Part shown: piece after piece, positions 8,267-14,728 of the stretch
How positions within the stretch are numbered: position 1 is the stretch's first letter
Layout: the number at the start of each line of letters is the position of its first letter
Source: Bacilli bacterium
Lineage (GTDB): Bacteria > Bacillota_I > Bacilli_A > RF39 > UBA660
Length of the DNA: 64,000 nucleotides
Reading direction: 5' to 3'
Assembly: GCA_017438635.1 (NCBI GenBank)
Contig: JAFRUZ010000002.1
Location: 67,232 to 131,231, forward strand
Made by a program: the position numbers and the translations under genes
Notes under the pieces: model-generated
Told to the model about the DNA's origin: nothing
The model's database searches: none
What the model saw: the letters and a program-made list of their open reading frames with translations, nothing else

Positions 8267-9000
8267 TATTCAGCTGATTCGTTTTCGTTTGACTTTTCTT
8301 CTTGTTCTTCAACTTTATTCTCTTGAATTTCTTCTTCGTTAGTTTGAACAACTTCTTCTTTTTCTACTTCTTTTTCTTTTTCTTCCACCACAACTGGTTT
8401 TTCTTCTTCTTCACTCTTTTCTACAGGTTTATCATCATCACCAGCAGGCTCTTCTTTATTAACTTCTTTTTCTTTTCCTTCGTCTTCAGGTCTTACAATT
8501 TCTTTAACAACAGCATAAATTTCGTAAAGGAAAATTACTGATATTGGAAATACTATCATTAACAAGAATCCCCATCTAGATTCTAAAACAGCTAATATAC
8601 CTCCAACATTGTTTATAACTTTTGCAGTATCTGCTTTACCAATTACATAATCACTAGAAAGTTCATAATTTCCAGTAATAGTATATGTAGTTTGAGTATC
8701 AGTTACTTTTTGAGTTTTTAAAACTTTACTGAAACTAACAGCAATTTGATTTTTATATGTATTATAGAAAAATATTTCATCATTAACTTTTATATCATCG
8801 TTTTTATTCTTTTTAACGATAATCAAAGTACCCTTTTTATAACTAGGTTCAAATTCATCATTTTTAACAATTATAAAAGACTTATCTCCAAACACAGAAA
8901 TCTTATAATCATTATAAGTTAACAAACATGCAGTTAAAAAAACTGCCACTAATAAATACACTGTTGCAAATATACCAATAATTATTCTTTTTATTTTCAT
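8266..9000 (-). CDS. SipW-like pseudo-peptidase with a long acidic C-terminal tail
   Basis: 244 aa with TM helices at both ends. The Ser-box position reads VKNDEFEPS and the His-box position reads VSFSKV. About 75 aa of E/K/V-rich tail follow TM2. First gene after the predicted promoter. Confidence 0.5.
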   Translation of the reverse strand: MKIKRIIIGIFATVYLLVAVFLTACLLTYNDYKISVFGDKSFIIVKNDEFEPSYKKGTLIIVKKNKNDDIKVNDEIFFYNTYKNQIAVSFSKVLKTQKVTDTQTTYTITGNYELSSDYVIGKADTAKVINNVGGILAVLESRWGFLLMIVFPISVIFLYEIYAVVKEIVRPEDEGKEKEVNKEEPAGDDDKPVEKSEEEEKPVVVEEKEKEVEKEEVVQTNEEEIQENKVEEQEEKSNENESAE

Positions 9001-9018
9001 CTTCTACCACCTATTTTA

Positions 9019-9047
9019 AGTATAACAAAAGCAAAAAAAATATTCAA
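9019..9047 (-). promoter_or_regulatory. sigma-A-type promoter of the fibre/AAA+ gene array
   Basis: Minus strand TTGAAT (9047-9042), 17-nt spacer, TATACT (9024-9019). RBS GGTGGT precedes the ATG at 9000. Confidence 0.4.
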
Positions 9048-9074
9048 GATAAATTATTAATAAAAAAATTTTTA

Positions 9075-9101
9075 ACAAAAAAACTTAGGATAATCCTAAG
9101 T
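9075..9101 (-). terminator. rho-independent terminator, probably the native tRNA-operon terminator displaced by prophage insertion
   Basis: Minus strand ACTTAGGAT-T-ATCCTAAGT followed by T7, about 10 nt downstream of the attL tRNA 3' remnant. Confidence 0.5.
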
Positions 9102-9111
9102 TAATCATCAT

Positions 9112-9129
9112 AATGGTCGGGAAGACAGG
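9112..9129. repeat. attL core (18-bp direct repeat, duplicated 3' end of tRNA-Pro)
   Basis: AATGGTCGGGAAGACAGG is identical to 44031-44048. The flanking bases differ on both sides. Confidence 0.85.
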
Positions 9130-9234
9130 GACTAAATACCCCTATTCCAACTATTTATAGGTATATAAAAACTCTTATATATCAACGTTTCTAAACGTTT
9201 GTGTATCTTCAAAAATAGTTTATGTTTGAAAAAA

Positions 9235-9258
9235 TAAGACATTTTTAAGATATAAAAC
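9235..9258 (+). repeat. candidate integrase arm-type binding site (attL side)
   Basis: TAAGACATTTTTAAGATATAAAAC matches 43961-43984 at 22 of 24 positions in the same orientation. Contains an internal tandem TAAGA(C/T)AT. Confidence 0.45.
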
Positions 9259-9274
9259 GTTAGGAGGTGTTGAT

Positions 9275-9583
9275 ATGAAAAGCAAACGTTCGAAAGCAAC
9301 TGACATACCACAAAAAGTTAAACAAAAAGTATGGGAGCGTGATAACGGTTGTTGTGTTATATGCGGTAACAATTATAATGTTATGCCCAACGCTCATTAC
9401 ATATCAAGAGCTAAAGGCGGTCTTGGTATAGAAGAAAATGTATTTACAGCTTGTACCCGTCTAACCGAAAATGACTGTCATTATAAGTTTGACGAATACG
9501 GTATTGGAAAAAATAAAGTTAAAAAGTATCTTAGATCTAAATATCCAAATTGGAACGAAAACAATTTATATTATAGAAAATAA
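9275..9583 (+). CDS. HNH-type zinc-finger nuclease-like protein, on the opposite strand at the prophage end
   Basis: 102 aa. VWERDNGCCVICG...NAHYISRAKGGLGIEENVFTACTRLTENDCHYKFD gives a CxxC...H...N...CH pattern. RBS AGGAGG. Confidence 0.55.
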   Translation: MKSKRSKATDIPQKVKQKVWERDNGCCVICGNNYNVMPNAHYISRAKGGLGIEENVFTACTRLTENDCHYKFDEYGIGKNKVKKYLRSKYPNWNENNLYYRK

Positions 9584-9633
9584 AAAAGAGTAAGGCGTTA
9601 AGTACCATTAAGTACCGTTAACCTTACTCTTTT
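9584..9633. terminator. bidirectional stem-loop between convergent genes
   Basis: AAAAGAGTAAGG ... CCTTACTCTTTT, a 12-bp stem with A/T runs on both sides. The loop carries a GTTAAGTACC/ATTAAGTACC repeat. Confidence 0.55.
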
Positions 9634-10528
9634 ACTTTGCAAAACTTTTAGCTTTAGCCAAACTAACTTTTCCAAATAAACCGTCAATAGTAATATTAAC
9701 TTTGTTTTGGAATTGTTTAATAGCCAAAAATGTTTTATCTCCAAGTATTCCGTCTACAACAAGTTTAGTATCTAAAGCCCAATTAAGGAACATTTGTAAA
9801 TATTTTACTTGCTGTCCTTTATCTCCTTTAAAGAAATAACCTCTTTTTGGTAATGTAGGAAAAATACCTGTATATTTATTTTTAGGTTTAACTGGAGTTT
9901 TACCATAGCCATTTAAACCTTTATTTTTCATTATTGCTGGATAATCTTTGTAAGCATAGTTTTGATCGGTTACAACACCAGCAACTCTTGGGCTTCGTAT
10001 AGCGTTTGAGCTTCCGCCGAATTGCCATAAACCAGCATTTACTCCACTTGGCTTAGTTGATGTCCAACTTGCTATCCACCAGTCATAACTTTTATTTAAT
10101 GTAGATCCACTTATTACATTTCTATACCAGTCTACATTACTATATACTCCAAAATAATAACCAGCACCATTTATAACTTTATTAAACTCTTTAACAATAT
10201 TATTTAAAGTTGTTCTTCCAGCTTTTCTAATACTTTTGTCTTCAATATCAAGATATATAGGATACTCAAACTTTTTACCTTTAATGGCTTTTATAAATGC
10301 TTTTGCTTCTCTATTTGCTTGAGATACTGTTTTAGCGTAAGTGTACCAATAAGCACCAACACCCCAACCTTGGGCTTTAGCGTTTTTATAATGTGTTTCA
10401 AACATATTATCTTTTGTTTCACTAAAACCAGCTCTTAATATAGCAAACTTGACACCCTCTTTTTTTGCTTTAGCGTAAGGATATCCTCGTTGCCAAGTGG
10501 ATATATCTATACCCCATATTTTAGTCAT
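9632..10528 (-). CDS. endolysin: GH25-type muramidase with a C-terminal peptidoglycan-binding domain
   Basis: 298 aa. IWGIDISTWQ...FAILRAG...YWY...IYLDIED is GH25-like. C-terminal GDKGQQVKYLQMFLN...VDGILGDKT...DGLFG is PG_binding_1-like. Confidence 0.85.
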   Translation of the reverse strand: MTKIWGIDISTWQRGYPYAKAKKEGVKFAILRAGFSETKDNMFETHYKNAKAQGWGVGAYWYTYAKTVSQANREAKAFIKAIKGKKFEYPIYLDIEDKSIRKAGRTTLNNIVKEFNKVINGAGYYFGVYSNVDWYRNVISGSTLNKSYDWWIASWTSTKPSGVNAGLWQFGGSSNAIRSPRVAGVVTDQNYAYKDYPAIMKNKGLNGYGKTPVKPKNKYTGIFPTLPKRGYFFKGDKGQQVKYLQMFLNWALDTKLVVDGILGDKTFLAIKQFQNKVNITIDGLFGKVSLAKAKSFAK

Positions 10529-10932
10529 TATTCTACCTCCTCATTTTCAGGATCATTTTTTAATTGTTCTAATACATCAAATAATTTTTGGGGTAATGGT
10601 AAACCCATACCTCCCCAGTTTTCTAATATTGATATGCCCTCGTTAGCTACAAAGAAATAAATTACTAAAGTGCGTAATGCTCCAGTATTTCCCATTATTC
10701 TATCTAATATTACCGAAAGTGCTACTATTACAAAATAACCAACTTTTTTTATTATTCCTTTTAAGCCTATAGCACTAGATAATTTCTTATGGTACATAGC
10801 ATTACATAAACCGCTAACATAATCTAATATAACTATAACGATTAAAACTTGTAATGCAATATCCCAACCACCTAAAAAATACACTAACCAAGTAGCCAGT
10901 GTTCCTGTAATAAAACTAATTATATTTTTCAC
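10528..10932 (-). CDS. holin (phage_holin_4 / TcdE-like family)
   Basis: 134 aa with 3-4 TM segments. ILDYVSGL...KGIIKKVGYF...ANEGISILENWGGMGLP. GTG start after GGAGGAGG. Directly upstream of the endolysin. Confidence 0.8.
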   Translation of the reverse strand: MKNIISFITGTLATWLVYFLGGWDIALQVLIVIVILDYVSGLCNAMYHKKLSSAIGLKGIIKKVGYFVIVALSVILDRIMGNTGALRTLVIYFFVANEGISILENWGGMGLPLPQKLFDVLEQLKNDPENEEVE

Positions 10933-10934
10933 TT

Positions 10935-11360
10935 TTACCTCCTCCTTACTAGTCGTCTAGTATATTCTTCTTTTATCAAAGGATCTCCGTGTTTTGTTCT
11001 AGCACCCGAGTACTCCCTTTCAAAAACACATAAAACATCGTCTATATTTTTGATGTTTTTTATACTAATATAACCCTGTATGTTTTCGTCTATCATTTCA
11101 CTTGTTATATAACCAAACATTTCAGGATCATATCTCTCAATAATATGTAAATAATTATGAGCTGTCTTTTGATTTAAAATAGCTCCGTTCCACTCAACAT
11201 AACCGTCCTCAGGGATATTTTGCACTTTACACAACCTCTTGGGTATTATTAAGTGGTGGAACGATAACTCTTTTTCTTTTTTAAACTCATAGCCCATAAA
11301 ATCATATTTCAACTCTAGCAATTTGTATTTTGCTATCATTAGTTTAGTAATATCTCTCAT
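10935..11360 (-). CDS. HNH-like endonuclease family protein
   Basis: 141 aa. LSFHHLIIPK...WNGAILNQKTAHNYLHIIE gives an HH...N...H pattern. Lies between the fibre genes and the holin. Confidence 0.45.
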   Translation of the reverse strand: MRDITKLMIAKYKLLELKYDFMGYEFKKEKELSFHHLIIPKRLCKVQNIPEDGYVEWNGAILNQKTAHNYLHIIERYDPEMFGYITSEMIDENIQGYISIKNIKNIDDVLCVFEREYSGARTKHGDPLIKEEYTRRLVRRR

Positions 11361-11377
11361 AGGCTTACTCCTTTCAT

Positions 11378-11926
11378 TTAATCAATAACCTCAACGTGTA
11401 AATACGTATATGGTCCACCAGCTACAACCATTGTTCCTGTCGCACTGGCTCCAAAACCCATATTGATTAAGTCTCCTTGATTTACACTTATTATCTTAGG
11501 AGATAAACTAACGATACCATAGGCGGTTGTATTTTGCCTATAGTATCCTTCCGATATCCAATTAGAGCCTTTTCTTACACCAGCTACACAATAGCCGTTT
11601 ATTCCCTCAAACATAATATTTGCACTTACTCTAACGTGGTGGACACCAGCACCAATTTTTACAGAATAGCCCTCAAAACTTAATTTATCTCCAAGACGTA
11701 GATCTACTGTATCAAATTGCATATAATAATAAGTCCACGTTGAGGATACCCCTATACTTTTGTTTGCACTTAAACATATAGTCATAGCGTTTGTTTCCAA
11801 ACTACTATCTATAGTGTTTAAGTGATTATTTATGTTTTCTAAAATATCACTTAATAAATCTCTATTGTGTACGACACCTGTACTATCAATATAAGTGTCG
11901 TCTTTTAGTTTTATTGATTTTGACAT
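11378..11926 (-). CDS. tail fibre / receptor-binding tip protein (paralog A)
   Basis: 182 aa. N-terminus MSKSIKLKDDTYIDSTGVVHNRDLLSDILENI is shared with 11950..12411, and the C-terminus diverges. Confidence 0.5.
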   Translation of the reverse strand: MSKSIKLKDDTYIDSTGVVHNRDLLSDILENINNHLNTIDSSLETNAMTICLSANKSIGVSSTWTYYYMQFDTVDLRLGDKLSFEGYSVKIGAGVHHVRVSANIMFEGINGYCVAGVRKGSNWISEGYYRQNTTAYGIVSLSPKIISVNQGDLINMGFGASATGTMVVAGGPYTYLHVEVID

Positions 11927-11949
11927 TTATGTCGCTTTATTTATGATAA

Positions 11950-12411
11950 TTATTTATATCCCACAACCCTTGTTATATAAATATAGTTGTTACTAGTTAC
12001 AGTGCTTCTTGTTTCCCTTACTTCTGCATATCTTTGATCTTGACTAGTTATTGTGTTGTTTCTTATATAAATATTTCTATATTTAGTGTATAGTTCATCT
12101 CCGCTTAAAGTTACTAAAGAATATTCTAAACTACAATACTTATTATTTGGAGAATATACTTTTGTAAAACCTTGGTACGAACTAGTATCGTTTGGTCTAT
12201 AATATATCTCTAAATAAGTATAATTTTCTACACTATCACTCAACGTTATGGTACCATTTGATCCACTTTGGTTGTCATATAAGACCGTTTCTTTCATATC
12301 AATTATTGTTTCTTTTATTGTTTCTAAAACAACACTTAGTAATTCTCTATTATGAGCCACGCTTTGACTATCTAAATAATTATCATTTGTTAATTTTAAA
12401 CTTTTACTCAT
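11950..12411 (-). CDS. tail fibre / receptor-binding tip protein (paralog B)
   Basis: 153 aa. N-terminus MSKSLKLTNDNYLDSQSVAHNRELLSVVLETI is shared with 11378..11926. Confidence 0.5.
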   Translation of the reverse strand: MSKSLKLTNDNYLDSQSVAHNRELLSVVLETIKETIIDMKETVLYDNQSGSNGTITLSDSVENYTYLEIYYRPNDTSSYQGFTKVYSPNNKYCSLEYSLVTLSGDELYTKYRNIYIRNNTITSQDQRYAEVRETRSTVTSNNYIYITRVVGYK

Positions 12412-12420
12412 ATCTTCTAT

Positions 12421-12891
12421 TTAGGCTGTTCTTTTCCACATATAAACCGCTAAATATGGTGGCATATTATTATGAGCATTTCCACTACCAGTTGTATCAG
12501 TACTTGTTGTACCCCAAATAAGGTGGGACTGGCTAGAAGAGTTAAAAGTATAATTACCACTTGTACCACTCGCATATCGTCCTCTAATCGCAACGCCACT
12601 TTGAAATGTTCCTATTATTGTTGTATTATCATTCGGGTTATGCTTATGGCTATGTGAGGGCATTTCGTCAGTAGTTAAAGTATGTGTTGCTTCCCCACCA
12701 GTAGCACCATTGGAGTACGTATCTCCACACGCTAATAAGAACGTGTCTTTTATTTGCTCCCAAACACCGCCAAAAAAATTAGTTGGGTTTACATTGTTAA
12801 TGGATAAATAAATTGATCCTACTGGATAGTAAGGACACGGATAAATAAGATTTCCGCTATGATCTTTCATTTTAATAGCCTTACTAGCCAT
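12421..12891 (-). CDS. phage tail-collar domain protein (baseplate/fibre)
   Basis: 156 aa. PVGSIY...GGxWEQI...GGEATHTLTTDEMPSHSH...NNMPPYLAVYMWKRT is the classic tail-collar pattern. Confidence 0.75.
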   Translation of the reverse strand: MASKAIKMKDHSGNLIYPCPYYPVGSIYLSINNVNPTNFFGGVWEQIKDTFLLACGDTYSNGATGGEATHTLTTDEMPSHSHKHNPNDNTTIIGTFQSGVAIRGRYASGTSGNYTFNSSSQSHLIWGTTSTDTTGSGNAHNNMPPYLAVYMWKRTA

Positions 12892-12932
12892 TTAGACCAC
12901 CACCTAAATTGTAACCTCCTTTTCTTTGGAGA

Positions 12933-12969
12933 TTACAAAAGGAGAAAAGCTTAAATAAAGCTTCCCTCC
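12933..12969 (-). terminator. rho-independent terminator after the large fibre gene
   Basis: Minus strand GGAGGGAAGCTT-TATTT-AAGCTTTTCTCC (12-bp stem with two G-U pairs) followed by TTTTGT. Confidence 0.55.
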
Positions 12970-12990
12970 TTTCTTTTGTATAATGTACGA

Positions 12991-13007
12991 ATATATATAT
13001 ATATATA
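12991..13007. repeat. (AT)8.5 dinucleotide microsatellite
   Basis: ATATATATATATATATA read directly from the sequence, in the intergenic region between 13040..14725 and the terminator. Confidence 0.9.
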
Positions 13008-13039
13008 GAACATCAAGGGTTTCACTTGTTTTACCTCCT

Positions 13040-14725
13040 TTACCACGTGTCTATTACATCATACATTATTATTTCTTTTCCGTTGATGTAACACGTCTTT
13101 TGATTATTACTTATAAAAAATATAGGTACTCCAACGTTTACTATTCCTGTACCTGTATTATTATCAAACTTATCCGTAGCTTTTATTTCAAACTCAAAAG
13201 CTTTTTCATTATCTAACGCTAATACTACATCAGTACACGTATAATTACCAGCGTTATTGGTAACTGACATATTAGTCCAAGATCCCCAAGTACCGCCTTT
13301 TTCTCTATATCTATATTGTACTGTCATAATATTATTTTTATCAGTATTATCTATTGTTAATCTAGTATAAGTACCACTTACTTTTAAAGTAGTTTGTTCT
13401 TCAAAATCATTTAAACGTTTTAAAGTAACATTAACAGTGGGTTTAACATAATCATAAATAGTAATATCTTGATATGCTAAAGCACTATTACCTCTACTAT
13501 CATAAGCTCTTATATTTAATCTTTTTAAACCACTGGTATTTATAACTCCAATATCCTCATTAGTGATATTGTTTTCACTATACGCTATACTTTTATTTAA
13601 GTTTTCACAACTTGCTGTATAGCTTACTGGTGTAGCATATTTTTGAGTGGTCATTTTATTAGCACTTGCTATACTAACACTTATTATACTCAAACCTTTA
13701 ACAAACACTTGATTATTACCAGTTATATTAGTAACACTACTATTATTATCTTTATATGTAAAAGTACTAAAACTTGGACTACAGTCAGTTGTATTAGTAC
13801 TATATGTTCCTGTACCCAAAGTTTTTGTACTAGATCCATAAATAACCTCAGCGTGATATGTACCACTGTTTGAGTTTGGTATACTCTCATACTGAGCGTC
13901 AATAGCCTCAGCTGTTTTAAACTCATTGTTTATTATTCCAGCGTATGTACCTGTGTAAGTTCCAATAACTGAGTTATCATTATCACTAATTATATTTAAT
14001 GTGTATGTTCTACCTAACGGGTTATATACATTTACACTAGCACCCTCGCCAATAACAAAATCATTTAACGATGTAGGTTTTGGATAATCATAAGGCGTTT
14101 GTGATACTGTACCACTATCAGTAGTTAACTGGCTGTCTTGTCTTCTTACTCTAACTTGAAAATCATATTTAGTACCAGCCGTTAGTCCAGTAATTATTTT
14201 ATTACTAGGTAAGCTTGTCCACGATCCCCAAGAGCTTGAAGAGTTTAATTTATATCTATACCACGCACTATCACACGTAGCGTCAGTACTATAACTATAT
14301 GTTACACTAGTCTCGTCTCGTTGCGAGACTTTAAAATTACTAATTGTAGCATATCTTGGTATTGAAGTTAAAGCCCAACTACCACTACCACTACAATTAT
14401 ACGAACTACTATATATAGCTCCTTTAGCACTAGCACTAAACGTCTTAGTACCGTCGTTATTATGCGATATAGTAGCTGTACCACTTGCTACAGTAGTACC
14501 GTCATATAAGGTTATCCTTGAAGAGGAGCTATAAACAGTACTACCATTTACTACAACTTTAAATGGTCCAGCCATATACCAAGTAGATACAGCACTACCA
14601 GCTCCTTTTAAACTCCAGTTAATAACTGTTTTATTCGAAGACGTACTTTGAGATTTAATACTCCAAGAAAACTTTAAATAACGCCCCTCATAATTCGTAG
14701 TATTAAAAGATCCACTACTAGCCAT
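13040..14725 (-). CDS. tail fibre / receptor-binding protein with an FN3-like domain
   Basis: 561 aa, Ser/Thr/Asn-rich. ITGLTAGTKYDFQVRVRR is an FN3 signature. Position is after the Tal-like gene. Confidence 0.6.
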   Translation of the reverse strand: MASSGSFNTTNYEGRYLKFSWSIKSQSTSSNKTVINWSLKGAGSAVSTWYMAGPFKVVVNGSTVYSSSSRITLYDGTTVASGTATISHNNDGTKTFSASAKGAIYSSSYNCSGSGSWALTSIPRYATISNFKVSQRDETSVTYSYSTDATCDSAWYRYKLNSSSSWGSWTSLPSNKIITGLTAGTKYDFQVRVRRQDSQLTTDSGTVSQTPYDYPKPTSLNDFVIGEGASVNVYNPLGRTYTLNIISDNDNSVIGTYTGTYAGIINNEFKTAEAIDAQYESIPNSNSGTYHAEVIYGSSTKTLGTGTYSTNTTDCSPSFSTFTYKDNNSSVTNITGNNQVFVKGLSIISVSIASANKMTTQKYATPVSYTASCENLNKSIAYSENNITNEDIGVINTSGLKRLNIRAYDSRGNSALAYQDITIYDYVKPTVNVTLKRLNDFEEQTTLKVSGTYTRLTIDNTDKNNIMTVQYRYREKGGTWGSWTNMSVTNNAGNYTCTDVVLALDNEKAFEFEIKATDKFDNNTGTGIVNVGVPIFFISNNQKTCYINGKEIIMYDVIDTW

Positions 14726-14728
14726 ATC

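Noticed and set aside
12991-13007. (AT)8.5 microsatellite as a slipped-strand phase-variation switch for the fibre genes
   Set aside because: The tract is short and lies between a stop codon and a terminator, not within a convincing promoter spacer or coding region. I report it as a repeat only.
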